The notes below the pieces were generated by a model. It did not search any database. It saw only the letters and a program-made list of their open reading frames with translations, and was not told where the DNA came from. Positions 35,445 to 48,659 of a stretch of DNA of 64,000 nt are shown in pieces. Numbering within the stretch: position 1 is the first letter of the stretch; each line of letters starts with the position of its first letter. This stretch comes from Eledone cirrhosa. Lineage: Eukaryota. The stretch lies in assembly GCA_964016885.1 (NCBI GenBank), contig OZ024741.1, positions 193,626,001 to 193,690,000 on the forward strand, written 5' to 3'. A program made the translations under genes and the position numbers.

Positions 35445-36641
35445 ATGAATAATTTAAGGTGGAAACCGTTACACTTATTAATGAGGAGCTGTCGACTATG
35501 TTTGTCCCACGGTAAACAGCCGGTGTATTACCCAGTTCACTGTACAACAGATATTTCATGTAGAGCTTTACAAACAATGTCTGTACGGAGGCTGAGCTCT
35601 GTAAAAAACAGCTTATTGAAATATGGTTGGGTCGGTAGGAATGTAATATCGGGTTTCCATAACCAAACTTTGGTATTGGCACCAGCTAAAAATAAACCCG
35701 TGACACCACTCACAACTAAAATGACCACCCGAAAGAAAGCCGTCGACATTGTTGACTCGGATAAGCTGGAGGTTGTGGCTTATGCTATATCTGAGGATAT
35801 CAAACTGGAGGAACTAAGCAAGGCTTTCGCTGAACAGGCCCTCTATGAAATCGTAGCTTTGCCGACTGATGTTGTAGATAGTCTTCATGTGAAAGCCATT
35901 TACAAGATCGACAACAAAGAACGAGAGATATTCCTGTTCCGTGAAGGTGCTGTTGTGTTTTGGAATATGACTGTAACAGAAAGAAAGGAAGCTCTACATT
36001 TTATTGAGAAATACTCCATCACTCCTTACGCTTCGTCCCTCTATCTGACTGAAAACGAAGGTTTGAAATATGACTACAGTGCAGATTGTAAGACGTGTCT
36101 GGACAAAGATATGATTCACATCAACAAAGACGAACAGTTCGACCCACTCGTAAAGTACGCCTTCTCTAATTCTCTTTCATTGTCGGTGAAGCTGGCCATT
36201 TGGGAGGAGTCTTTAGTTCGATTTGTCTATGCTATTGAACCAGTCATTGAGGACGTTCGCCTGGGTAAGACAATTCGTGTGTCCCGGGACCAGATTTTAC
36301 GCATGACCGGGGAACTCTTCACATTGAGACACTTGATTAATTTAAGTTCTGACTTGTTGGACGTCCCCGATTTTTATTGGGACCGTGAGAATCTGGAACC
36401 TCTATATCAAAGTCTGTCCAATTACCTTAGCATAAACCGGCGGACCAAAGTAATTAACGAGAAACTTAAACACTGTTGCGAGTTGACCGAACTGTTGTCC
36501 CATCACCTCAATGACAAACACCACACACGACTGGAGTGGATGATAATCATCCTCATTCTTGTTGAGGTGATATTTGAATGTGTTCATTATATGGAAAAGT
36601 ATTACAGCCACCAAATTACATACACCAACGAGGACAAATAA
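35445..36641 (+). CDS. RMND1: RMND1 / Sif2-Rmd1 (DUF155) family protein, mitochondrial; uninterrupted CDS
   Basis: Intact 398 aa ORF; IFLFREGAVVFWN, AFSNSLSLSVKLAIWE, GELFTLRHLINLSSDLLDVPDFYWDRE, RRTKVINEKL, RLEWMIIILILVEV (TM); basic N-terminus resembling a presequence. Confidence 0.95.
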   Translation: MNNLRWKPLHLLMRSCRLCLSHGKQPVYYPVHCTTDISCRALQTMSVRRLSSVKNSLLKYGWVGRNVISGFHNQTLVLAPAKNKPVTPLTTKMTTRKKAVDIVDSDKLEVVAYAISEDIKLEELSKAFAEQALYEIVALPTDVVDSLHVKAIYKIDNKEREIFLFREGAVVFWNMTVTERKEALHFIEKYSITPYASSLYLTENEGLKYDYSADCKTCLDKDMIHINKDEQFDPLVKYAFSNSLSLSVKLAIWEESLVRFVYAIEPVIEDVRLGKTIRVSRDQILRMTGELFTLRHLINLSSDLLDVPDFYWDRENLEPLYQSLSNYLSINRRTKVINEKLKHCCELTELLSHHLNDKHHTRLEWMIIILILVEVIFECVHYMEKYYSHQITYTNEDK

Positions 36642-37589
36642 TAGGTACATCGGAACACTTCACTAAGCCAAACTTTTAATCCACCCATCGCTCCAACTTT
36701 ATAAATATATATACACATACACATACCTTACAAAATTCTGTGATACTTTTGTTTGTTTTTTTTATCCTTAAACCAATTCATTCCTATTTTATCAATATTG
36801 TATTGTATCTATTACCTCCCCTTTCCTTGTCTTCTATGTTGACTTTTGGTCTTTATTGATTAAGTATGACATGTAATAGAGGGTTTTATTAAAGCTTTTA
36901 TTGATGGCTAATTACACAGCTCGTTCCTTGTACTGTTTTGCTCTGTTGACCGGTGACGCCCTTTCTTTAGTGGCTGTCGTGTTCTTCCTCGACTGGTCAT
37001 CTCCCCGTGACTGCATGAGACTTACCCCCAAGAGTTCACTTAATATGAATCACGACGACTACTAGCAGACGATGACACCAAGATACTAATTAGCAACTAT
37101 CACATTTGGGCTGCCATATTATCGAATATATTCCAACAAGGACTATTCATCCTTCGTTATTTAGTGTGTGAATTAGGGGAAATTTTGCTATTGTTTCTAG
37201 CAGTTCCGATAAATGCGTAGACCAGTCGTTCCTGAAATGTTTTTTAATCACAGCACACTTTATACCTAAATTCGAAATTTTTTCCAAAGGAGAAATTTAT
37301 ACATACTGACACAGCATAAAGTAGAAATATTGACAAATAAAAATACATCAAAATTATTTGTATTTCCTTTTTTAATCCATAAATAGAGCAAAATCATTGA
37401 GAAACGTACGTTTGGTGCTTTTTGGGTAATCTTTTCACTCTTAGTTTTGTGGTTCCTCATTTTGATGATTATATATGAATTATATGTAAATAATTATGTA
37501 TCATGTACGAATTTCAATGTGTAATTTTCACATTTTGAATTGGTATCTTGCTCTTTCACAGTGCACAGTTTGGAAACCATTTTCGTCGG

Positions 37590-37890
37590 CCGTAAAGGAT
37601 CCCCACCTCGTTACCTCTTCGCCCACTTACTCCTGGGAGGGTCGTGAAAGCAGAGTCCTCAAGCACTCCTTGTCAGAAGCAACTGATCCGGCTGGATTCC
37701 CAAGAGACTAGACAATCTCATGGATGTTATCAAGCCATCTTGCTTGGGGTCTACACTTGGGTCTCCTGCCAGTTGGTTTTTGCCTGTAAAATCTGTCCAG
37801 CGATTCGTTCTTTAGACATTCTAACCACATGTCCGTGGTATCAGAGCTGTGATCTCTCAATTTGGAGGTTCGCACATTATCGAGTAACAT
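37590..37890 (-). mobile_element. RTE 3' fragment (third family)
   Basis: KPTGRRPKCRPQARWLDNI resembles the RTE G.R..GRP..RW.D motif. Confidence 0.55.
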
Positions 37891-38615
37891 TACTCCAAAG
37901 ACATTTCATCGCATCGTCATTTAAGATATTTTGTTTGCTACCTCACATTATAAATGTTTAGAAATTCCAAACAGCTTTTAAGCACGTTAGATATATTAAA
38001 TTGCAGAATGGTCAAAACTTAATCATAGTTTTGCTCAATCAGAATTAATATAGGGCTAAACAACTGTTTACATGCCATAGATCTGCTAGATTAGGCTTGC
38101 TTTTCTTGATCCTTCAATGTCTAATGAAGTTGTAGGATTGTTGTCATGTTATGGCATATCTTGGGCATTTTAAACTAAACAGCTTGTCCCTTTCTAGGTC
38201 TGACCACTGCTTATTTCTTCAGGAGAAAAATAGACAGACTGAGAAGGAGAAAAACATTCAGCCCTAGTACTCAATTGGTACTTTATCAACCCCTAAAGGA
38301 TAAAAGGTAAAGTTAACATCGATGGGAGTCAATCTCAGAGAGTTAGAAAAATAGATAACTGATGCCTGAAAATGTCTGCCAATTCACTGCCTTGATCAGG
38401 ATTAATCTAGGGCTACACCACAGAAATTATGGTTTCTAACACGGGCACAAGGCCAGAAATGTTGGGTTGAGGGTAACGTCCATTATATTGATCTGTACTT
38501 CACTGTTACTTTATTTTATTGATGTCAGAGGGAGGAAAGGCCAAGACTTGAAACCTGAATGAAGTACTGCAATGCATTTCATCCAATCTACCACAACAAT
38601 AATAATTCTACATAC

Positions 38616-38810
38616 CTCTGTCTCCGTCTTCAAGTAAGGACAGATCTTGAGAGTTTCTTCTGCTGAACAAACATATAATGTTGCATAGCCACTGACAATA
38701 TAGGCATCATAACCAGCCCCTAATAAGAGGGAACACAGTACAGTGGAGTATTCAAAACATGTTCCTCTTTGACGTCTCAGCACAGTTGTTGGAGACAACA
38801 TAGATGTTGG
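38616..38810 (-). CDS. DRC7: DRC7 coding exon 4 (transglutaminase-like region)
   Basis: cag|PTSMLSPTTVLRRQRGTCFEYSTVLCSLLLGAGYDAYIVSGYA..CPYLKTETE|gtatgt; 195 nt. Confidence 0.95.
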
Positions 38811-38945
38811 CTGTAAAATATTACATCAATAAAGTTTCTTATTTATATACATCTGTGTATGTGTATTAGTTTCAAAATATAATTATATAAGAGAAATTGA
38901 AGGTTGTGTAAGTATAAGAGAGATTTAATAATAAAACAAACCTAC

Positions 38946-39071
38946 CAGCTCATATGATGGGTGAAGCATTTCTGGTTGAAGATAATCACTAACAAACAAA
39001 GATATACCATGCCACACATATAGTTCAGGGTAAGGAAACAATGTTGGACGTATAGTTGTACACACCAATTT
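38946..39071 (-). CDS. DRC7: DRC7 coding exon 3
   Basis: cag|KLVCTTIRPTLFPYPELYVWHGISLFVSDYLQPEMLHPSYEL|gtaggt; 126 nt. Confidence 0.95.
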
Positions 39072-39111
39072 CTGTCAAAGACAAAATATTGTAATAGACA
39101 CAGTTGGGTCA

Positions 39112-39291
39112 CCTTCACTTAGAATTATTTTTTTTAAAATAATGTTCACTTAAAAATAATTTTTAAATAATTAAAATATACAAACATGTAAATAAATAAT
39201 GTAAAATGAAATTGGAAGGCCTATATATATATATGTGTGTGTATATATATAACTATGTGGGTCTCTGAGACCCATATACACTGGTCACAGG

Positions 39292-39336
<45 letters not shown>

Positions 39337-39460
39337 TTAGAAATCCTTCCTATTTAGAAGGACATATTCACTACACACTACTCTCTCACAACCACTATCT
39401 CTTTCTCTCTATTTATGAAGGTACCCAGAAAAATCTTGGGAACACGTGCTCAGACATAGG
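39112..39460 (-). mobile_element. Partial copy of the non-autonomous element at 44965-46415, lacking the mariner
   Basis: Shares ttcactta..tgttcacttaaaaataatttttaaataattaaaatatac and tatttatgaaggtacccagaaaa. Confidence 0.7.
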
Positions 39461-40051
39461 CCTACATTAACTAATGTATAATACAGTAATTAGTATTGAT
39501 GGTTATAGTTATTGATGTTTAGTGACAGGTCAGCCCTGATTTATGAGACCTGTAATCAAAATGTTCCATCTGTAGCCATCCCCTCTTTTATTTAGACATA
39601 GTGTATCTAAGACTATATTAGCTAATATGTTGTTTAACCCCAGGTCATTCCAGCATACCTATGATCAAAATGTTCCAATTTGGGCAATATCTAATACTAT
39701 ATCATCCAAGTGTCCTTCCTGATTTGACATATGGCTGCTATTTCTTGCAAGTTTAGTGATGTTCCACTAATGCACCTCTCTAGGTCTGCACCATAGGCTG
39801 GTGCCTAGTTGGCCTTAATGGTAGTGCTGGCCCTGACTAGAAGGTCTCAATAATTGAAAAGCATAATGTCTTTTAATTATTTTGAGAGCCTTGCTGGGTT
39901 GTGAGGCCCTAAGGTATAGTCCTAAATCCAACATAGACTAGAGAACTGCTGATCCAGTATACTCAAATTGTGATACCTTTCAATCAGCCGAAAATTTCAC
40001 AGAACTGTATAACGAGTTTCTCTTCAGGAAGCAACCATTGTAGTTGATCCT

Positions 40052-40745
40052 TATCATCATCATCGTCGTCGTTTTATGTCTATTTTCTAGCTAGCAATCT
40101 ATTTTATTTCTGATGAGAGCCTCAATAGTAGCACTGGGCCTCATAATGTGACCACCCAGCTCCCAAAATATGATTCCACTATAAGCAAGGTATGGCATGG
40201 CCAACTGGCCAGACACTCCGCATAACGGAACCACCCAGTTCCACACTGTAAATGTGGCTGAGATTTTGGAAGGACATCCAGCAGTCATAAAAACCCAGCC
40301 AAAACATGGTTCTGCTATGAGCCAGACCTGTCCCATAATGTTACCACGCAGTTCCACATGGTAAACGGGGTTGATGTTAGAAAGGGCTTTCAGTAACCAT
40401 AAAAACCCAGCCAAACCATGATCCCACTATGAGCAAGTTACAGTGTTGCCAACTCGCCAGACATCCCTCATAATGAGACCACCCAGCTCCGAAAATACGG
40501 TTCCGCTATAAGCAGGGTATGGTGCAGTCAACTGGCCAGACACTCATCATAACAGGACTACACTGTAAACGTGGTTGGTGTTAAAAAGAGCCTGCAGCTG
40601 TAAAAAAAAAAAAAAAAAAGCCAAAATACAGTTCCATTTGAGCAAGGTAGAGTATGGCCAACTGGCCAGGCTTATCTCATAACATGGACAACCTGTCTAA
40701 CCCATGCAAGTGTAGAAAATAGACGTTAAATTGTGATGATGATAG
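40052..40745. mobile_element. RTE-tail-derived elements with internal tandem subrepeats
   Basis: cactgtaaa..tggttggtgtta..aacccagccaaa..ccaactggccagac units; taacccatgcaag..gacgttaaa..gatgat tail. Confidence 0.55.
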
Positions 40746-42008
40746 AGGTTATAAAGTGCTACACTTGAGTCCCTAATAATATAGGGTGATTGGGAAAATC
40801 GGTAAATTTTCTAAGTTGTCTCCATTGAATTTTTAAAAAAAAACAGAATTAGTCGTTTAGTTTACATATTGAGACCCCAACCCATCCTATTTATTTTATA
40901 ATGTATGGGATTTCTAGTAATGTACTTCTTTTTTTTTTTGTCATGCATGTTTTTTTAATGTATCTAGAAAATTAATTATTGCAGGAGTGCTATCACTTGA
41001 AATAAAATTTGCCTGAGATAAATTAGCAAAATTTAATAAGCAGAATGGGGTGAGGAAAAATCTGAAAAATTAATAAGCGGGGTGGGGGCGATTATTCGAG
41101 ACCCGAAAGTAGATGTGGTTTCATTATTCCTGGCTAAGTTGTTTCCTCTGATCTCTTTGTTTGAGATGGTTGACATGCTTCACACCAACATTTATTATAC
41201 CCACCTCCCTGTTTCTTTGAACACATGGCAGAAGTTAACTCCAAAATCCAGTTTTCTGTGTAGATACTAAAATGCCAACATCTGCAGAAAAGAGGTGCCC
41301 AAGTAGATATAGTAATGAACATCCAGCATAAAGATGCTGAACTCAAACACATTGCTGGCAAACCACTTTATTATACACAACCTCACTTCACCAAGAATAG
41401 GGACCAGCAAAGTATGGAGATCCCAATATATTCAAGGACACAGTGCCTATTTAACCATCCCTAATATATTTAAGGGTATGATGTATCTACCCCTTATTCG
41501 AGGTTATTTTATCTATTGGACAGGCTCTAGTCTATGACCGGTATTTATTTTATCAACCTCTATGGGATTTGATTTCAGAATATCAAGGTTAATAATTAAA
41601 CACCACAATATATTTTTCCAGTGAAAATTCTTGTTTCCTCCATTCCATATTGTAACAACTGATGGAGTCATAGGGTGCCATAGTGACATACAGCATTTCT
41701 TGGCCAATTTAAACCTGGCGGGGACTATCCCTCTCCAAGTCTGAACACAGCCTATTTCTTCCAGAGAAAAAGAGACAGTGATAGGGAGGAAGTGTGAAAG
41801 TGATATAGAGGAAGAATTGACCCCATTACCAGATTGGTACTTTTTTATTGACCTCGAAAGTAGGAAAAGCAAAGTTGACTTTGGCGAGAGTCGAAACAAA
41901 TACCACAAAGCATTCTATCTAATGTTCTAGGGAGTCTACCAAATCACTGTCTCCCCATTCTACATAATACTACAGCAAATTGTCTCTGATAAAAACCCAA
42001 CAACTTAC

Positions 42009-42177
42009 CTCCACACTACACTCATTCTTTGGGAACAACAATAAAGGTTTCCGATCTTGATACAAGTATACATATTGGCCTCGGAAGTTCTCAGCAAATT
42101 TCAGCACATGTTCCTCTTTTTCTTCGTTTTCTTTATAAGATTGAGGGAAGTCAATTTTAGACACATCTTCCAACTGT
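42009..42177 (-). CDS. DRC7: DRC7 coding exon 2
   Basis: (Q)LEDVSKIDFPQSYKENEEKEEHVLKFAENFRGQYVYLYQDRKPLLLFPKNECSVE|gtaagt; acceptor at 42177 (tag) or 42173 (cag). Confidence 0.93.
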
Positions 42178-42499
42178 CTATAAGAATAAAAGAAAAAAAC
42201 TGACTCTAGATCTCATTTATGACAATACAAGCAACAATAGCCTCCTTGTTTGAGTTTATTGAAAGTATCAGAAAAAGCCACATAGCCTGTATTTATGTAT
42301 ACTTGGCTACTGTTTCTAGTAGATCAACACTAAAACACAACTCCCACACCACATACTTTTCATAATCCCTACCCGACGCAAAAACATAACCCACACAACT
42401 CACTCTACACAATTATTACTCACCACTAAAAAGAAAATTTCACACAACATATACTCTACATCAGAGATCCCCAAACTATGACCACATGAGGCCCTTAAG

Positions 42500-43920
42500 G
42501 ATGGTCAGTGCAGCCCTTAGAACAAGATAAGAAATATGCTCTTATCCAGCAGATTGCACATAGCCAGCAACTGCATGTTCCCAGAGCCATTTGGGATCAC
42601 ATTGATCTGAATGTTTCGAAACACTCTGGCAACCAGTTCTTGTTCTGTGTCAATGATATGGCCAAATGACAACTGAATCTGGTCGTTGGAGTCCTTTTCA
42701 AGTAACCCATTTCCCAATTTAAGTAATTGGATGGCAAACTCACTGACACCTTCAAGTGCACTTGCATATTGGTTGTAAGGCTCAGCCACTGAAACTGGGA
42801 AGGATGTTTTCAGACAGGCATTGACCTGATCAGCTCGGGTCCCACAGAGAATTACAGGCTGAGTTTGTCTGAAATCACCAGCAAGAACCATTGTCACTCT
42901 TCCCATTAGGAAAGTATTTTCTCTCAGATCCCTTATTGTCCAGTCCAAAGCTTCAATTGCTTGTTTATGGCTCATGGTGGCTTTATTCTATATTATCATC
43001 TTGCATGTTTGCAGAAGTTTTCCCTTGGGTGAGTTGCAAAAAGATTGTTCATGCCATATGAAGTCTGTGGCAGCTAAACATGGAGTGTGCAGCTCTTCCT
43101 CCATCTAAAAGTGTTGCTGCAATGCCACCTGAAGCCACAGCAAGAGCAATATGTTGTTTTGGGTGAACTTTTGAAAGCAGGATGTTTATGAAAAATGTCT
43201 TGCCTGTGCCAGCAGGAGCATTGATGAAGAAAAGTCCTCCCCTGTCATTTTGAATGTTTTCCATGATGTGGTAGGCATATTTCTAGTCATCCACCAATCG
43301 AGGTTCATTTTCATCCAAACTTACACAATAGTTGAATATCGTACTTTGTCTCCTGAAAAACTTCTTGTGCTACCTCCATTTCTTCATCTGGCTTATGCAT
43401 CCCATTCATCATTGCCTGAACTCGATAGGACAGGTCACAGAGAGCTTCATTGTAAATCCTGGAGGTATGATGTCTTTGAACTAGGTGTAGATAGTCGTCG
43501 AACATATTGTTTTTGTACTCCTGCCAGAGCAGATGAGCTTTATCCATTCCACATGCTGTGAGTATAGTAGCAAGCAACTATCTTATTTGACTGGTTACTC
43601 AAGTGACAACTGCTGCTGCTTCTAGGCTCTTCCAATATCCATTGTTATGTTGGAGCCCGTGTTGTTTACATGCTTCTTGGTATGTTGCACACACTCTTCC
43701 TCTGAAGCACCTGAGATCCTCAAATGACGTAGGTCCTTGAACAATATGCAGAAGTAGCCGTAAATAAAAACAATCTCTGTTGTTGGGGTGGTCATTGTAA
43801 ACACACCCAATAGCATCACTTTCCTTGACTTCATGACCTTCCACTAAATGAACCTGCTTCTTTCGATTCCAGGTCTTGCAATTGGATCAGGTATAGTATG
43901 TTGGGATGTCAGCATATAGA
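42500..43920 (-). mobile_element. Decayed Helitron Rep/Pif1-helicase fragment
   Basis: FYLRLLLHIVQGPTSFEDLR, FFINAPAGTGKTF (Walker A), AVASGGIAATLLDGG, VLAGDFRQ; frameshifted. Confidence 0.88.
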
Positions 43921-44247
43921 TATGATATGTCAAATGAAATCGTAATTGACAATATACACAGAAATTGAACGAAGTCTGTGTTACACTCTCTTCTGTAATC
44001 AGTAAAGTAATCCATGATACACTAAAAAAAGACAATATTATATATAAACTGCATATATAATAAACTAAAATGTTAGGAAAACGAAAAAGTAGAAAATTAA
44101 CGACCTAAATATAAACCTTATATAATGATGCAAATATATGAACGTTTATATAAGCGATGTGATTAGTGTTAGAATATAACGGACGCTAACCGGAAGTATT
44201 CACATTTGAAAATGTTAAAGAAGTGAATCTTAAAATAAGCAATACTT

Positions 44248-44512
44248 TATCATCATCATCATCATCATCATCAACGTTTAACGTCCGTGTTCCACGCTTG
44301 CATGGGTTTGGACGGGGGTAGTCCCACTTGAGGCAAGAGTGATTGTCTTGCTCGCATAGGACTGTCTGGCAGGTTTTCTACAGTTGGATGCCCTTCCTAA
44401 CACCAACCACATTTACAGTGTGGGTCTGGGAGGTTTTTACCGTGTTGCCTACACGGCCACATTACAGCGTGGACTGTGTGTTTTTTTGTCGTGACACCTA
44501 CACAATCTCATT
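44248..44512 (-). mobile_element. RTE 3'UTR fragment
   Basis: Reverse complement of 59285-59543. Confidence 0.88.
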
Positions 44513-44964
44513 ATAAGAATATTTATGTTTAATCAAGAGCTATGGAGTTTAGTAGATAAATTACATAATATTCATTATTTATTGAAAGTAATCCAACTTA
44601 TTTTACTAACGGGATAAAAAATTATAAAACAGACGCTTTTTTCCTTTCTGTCTCCCAATCTCCCTCTCTCTCTCTTTCTTTGGTTCTCTTTCTCTCTCTC
44701 ATCCCCTCTCTTTCACCCCATCTCTCTTTCTCTACAGTATAGAGAACAAAAAACAAAAAAAAATGGATGATTTCTTTCGATATTCATAAGAAAATAAGAT
44801 AAATTGAATTTAAATGAATTCCTTGCTTTGCAAAGTAAAGAATGTTTACTATTACGTGTCTAGGTGTCTAGTGAGTATATATTCGTAATTTTGAGGAATT
44901 TGGTTCACTAGTTTGCTAGTTTTAGGCAGACACACAGAATCGTAAACTTGCATTTATATATATA

Positions 44965-46415
44965 CTAGACCACCCATGACCCGTTGGGCCACATTCACTT
45001 AAAAATTTTTTTTTTTAAATCATGTTCACTTAAAAATAATTTTTAAATAATTAAAATATACACAGACATGTATACGAGATGTGTCAGAAAAGTTCCAGGA
45101 CTGATGTCACAAAAGATTTATTTCAAACCCAAACTTCACACTATGAATTTTCTCCTTCAAAGTAATCCCCCTGGAGTATGTAACTGTAATCTTATCTCTC
45201 TGCAGCGATCAAACTTTTTTCTTCATAATTTTATATACATGTCCTGTTTCAGGTCGTCAAGCAATGAGCACAGAGCAACGAACAAACTTGAAGTTTCTGG
45301 TACAGTTGGGGAAAACTCCGTCAGAAGCACTGGGATTGCTGCAGCAAGTGTATGGAGATGAGACGTTGTCATGCTCACGTGTTTTTGAGTGGTGCAAGAT
45401 GACCCCAGGAGCGGAAGGCCCTCAACAACCATGACTGAGGTCAACGTTGAGCGCATCAGGCAGATGGTGCATAGCGATCGTCGGCTGACTGTTCAACTGA
45501 TGGCAAATGAGCTGGGCATGAATCGGGACAGCGTCTGGAAGATTCTCACTGAAGATTTGGACATGCGGAAAGTCTGCGCGAAAATGGTGCCAAAACTGCT
45601 GAACGATGAGCAGAAGGGTCGACGCATGCAAGTGTACCAGGACATCCTCGAGTGTCTTGAAACCGAACCAGACTTGCTAGGGACAGTCGTCACTGGTGAT
45701 GAGTCATGGATCTTCGAGTACGACCCGGAGGGGACCCGTTTTAAAGACGTGGACGACATCAAAAAGGCCGTGACGACAGAACTGCGGAGGATCCCAGAAG
45801 AATCCTTCCAGGAGTGCATGCAAGCGTGGCATAAAAGGATGGAAAAGTGCATTAGACTCCAGGAAGATTACTTTGAAGGAGAAAACTCTTTAGTGTGAAG
45901 TTTGGGTTTGAAAAAAATCTTTTGTGACATCAGTCCTGGAACTTTTCTGACACACCTTGTATAATGTGAAATGAAACTGGCAGGCCCATATATATATACA
46001 TGCGTGTATGTATATATATATATATATGTATGTATGTGTGTGTATATATATGTGGGCGTCTGTGATCTATATACACTGGTCATAGACACACACACATATA
46101 TATATACACAACACCACCAACTCTCTCTTTTCCATTCTCCTTCTGTCTCCTCACCCTCTCTCTATGTCTCTCTTTCAATCTACTCTCTCACAACCACTAT
46201 CTATTTCTCTCTCTCTATTTATGAAGGTACCCAGAAAACCCCATATCTTGGGAGCCCATGCTCCGATTTACACAAAACTTGTTTTATTCCATTTGTATCC
46301 CCATTTCAGGGTCAACTTCCTTTCAAAGTATTTTCCCATTATTCGCCCTTTTGGCTGTATTACATTACTAACAAGCAAGCAAGCAATCACAGAGTTTTAG
46401 TAGTATATAGATAGA
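44965..46415 (-). mobile_element. Non-autonomous Helitron-like element hosting a mariner
   Basis: Minus 5' end tctatatactactaaaa followed by (cttg)n; 3' end with hairpin ggcccaacgggtc and CTAG before T. Confidence 0.55.
45075..45959 (+). mobile_element. Internally deleted mariner transposon
   Basis: About 69 bp TIRs, TA TSD; ORF with DDPRSGRP, MVPKLL, TVVTGDESWIFEYDPE joined directly to GTRF, so the second and third catalytic Asp region is missing. Confidence 0.93.
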
Positions 46416-46427
46416 TAGATTATCTGT

Positions 46428-46990
46428 ATCTACATATAATATAAAATATTGAAACTTCCATGATCCTTTTGAGAGACATGAACCAGCCATGCTTATGCAA
46501 TGGCACATACTTAACTGTCAGATGGACGATGGACCATCTCCTAGAGGTCACTATTCTTGGAAGCAATCATCAAGGAGAAAATGCATTTATTGCTAAGATT
46601 CCTCTTATCATCTTCCGAGCTGCCATTGAAATTCTCAACACTTCAGTTCCCTGTTAGAGCCAGTTTTGCTATGACCATAAATAAAGCTCATGCTCAGAGT
46701 TTCAAAGTTGTAGAATTGAATACACGAGAATTATTTTTTACCCATGGACAGTTATATGTAGGTTGTTCATGAGAGGGAACATCTAGAAATCTTCATATAA
46801 TATGCACGAACGGTAAAACGAAGAATCTTGTGTTTCTGGAAGATTTTTGACAGTTTTTGTTTTGTAACACACACACCAAGGTCTCGCCTCACTCTGTAAA
46901 CCAGAGAAACATCCAATACAATCATTTTCTTTTCTACCTGTCTTCTCTTATCATCTGTTTACCTGGGCGAAGCTGGTTATATCAGGTATA
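46428..46990 (+). mobile_element. Helitron derivative carrying the Pif1 helicase C-terminus
   Basis: 5' tctacatataatataaaa; LLRDMNQPCLCNGT, FPVRASFAMTINKAHAQS, FTHGQLYVGCS; 3' cctgggcgaagctgg hairpin-like end. Confidence 0.8.
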
Positions 46991-47799
46991 TTTTCTATAA
47001 ATTCAAACTACTTTGCAAAGAAGTAGTAAGAATAATCTATATAAAGGGAAACCTGTTTCTCCGTCTGTCTCTTGGTGTATCTGTCTGTCCATCACTCTTC
47101 ATAGGTATGTGTGTGTGGAAAAATTCAACATATAAGCAACGCAACTTCAAAAAGAAAATGTGTGTGTGTGTGTTTCTCTATGTCCTTTAACATATAGATA
47201 ATGCGACAGGCTTCAAAAAACTTTCTTGGAAAAAAAACTTGTCTAATTTTAAGTACAAGTCTGTCATCATAAAACAGGAACTGTCTTCGATAGTATGGAT
47301 AATTCTCATATGCGGCCCTCATCTAAATTTGGAATTTTAAGGTGGCCCTTATCCACAGAACGTATACAACACCCAACAATACACATACTTTTAAAAAAAA
47401 AAAAAAAGAAATATCTAATCAAGCCAGAAACAGTTTGTAGTATACAAACGATATGCACATTCCATTCAACATGAAATAATACATTTTTATTGGTACATAG
47501 AAATAATGGTGATTAGAGTAGATATGATTTAATTTATTATATCGAAATAAACAATGTACTTGAAATTACAAACAAATATGTTGACAATATAGATAGCTTG
47601 AAATTACAAACACAAATGCCATAGCTGTCAAAATTCAACACCTACACACATATCTCTATGCAATTCTAGATCACCAAAAAGCAATGCTGGGCACAAACCT
47701 GAGGATCATTGGTGGTACAGAAGAAACTCACATAATAATTCTTCTTAGTATTGGCACAAGGCCAGAAATTTAGAGGAAAGTGGAAATCGATTATAGTGA

Positions 47800-48018
47800 T
47801 GTAGCAAGCTACTTTCCTTTGGCGCATTGATAGGCTGTCCGTGCGTGATTTGTCTAAGTCAGGCCAATTGTGAGCCGCACACGGATACGCATTTTAAACT
47901 TCTGCCCAAACTGAGACTTTCCTGCTACTTTCAATAAATTCAAACTCTTGCAGCTTTGACTGTGGAAAGGTAAACAACCATTTTTCTTTCGCCATGAAAT
48001 CACGAGCCAATATGTAAC
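47800..48018 (+). mobile_element. Possible solo LTR; related copy at about 22193-22350
   Basis: TGTAGC..GTAACA ends, internal AATAAA; gcgtgatttg.cta.gtcag.ccaat.gt.agccgc shared with 22237-22275. Confidence 0.45.
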
Positions 48019-48659
48019 ACAACAATAGCCAGTAGACCGTGCCTTCTGAAATCTTAATTCGTTTGTTTCATTTGTTTTGGCATGCCAGCTCTACTCAGCT
48101 CAATCTTTGTAAATAAATTATGTAAAAACATTGTGATGCTATTACCACAGCTATGACTTTAAATGTGATATGGAAAGATTCTTTCCAGAGTTATTATCAC
48201 AGCAGCAACAGAACCTGAGACTTACAGCCGAACCTCAATTTAAACTTACATTTATTGATATAACAAACCATACCTTTCCTGCTACAACAAAATACATATT
48301 GTCGTTGATATTATTATTACATGGCATAATATTATTTAACAGCTAAAGTGGTGACTATTAAATGGCTGCTATATTGGTGACCCCTGTTGATACAAGATAC
48401 AAATACCAATATAAATACAAATATTATTATTATCATTTTATATACTTCTAAAGTCACCTCGGTACTTAACTAGTACTTTATTTTATCAGAAACTCGTATA
48501 ATAATGTTGGAAACATGAAAATAATTGAACTTTCTTATATAGGTTCAAAGCCAGAAACGTGTGAGAAGACGGGGATTAATCAATTAAAAGGGTCGATAAA
48601 ATAAAGTAAAATCCAGATCGATCTTGGCTAGAATTGAACTAAGAACGCAAAGGACTATA

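Noticed and set aside
39980-40035. Minus-strand CTGAAGA..GAAA hammerhead-like match
   Set aside because: Stem II is out of register and stems I and III are not convincing
42500-46990. Host PIF1 helicase gene or a single Helitron
   Set aside because: Frameshifted fragments with Helitron-type motifs, and the two parts are on opposite strands with separate termini
47695-47735. CTGAGGA..GAAA match
   Set aside because: No complementary stems
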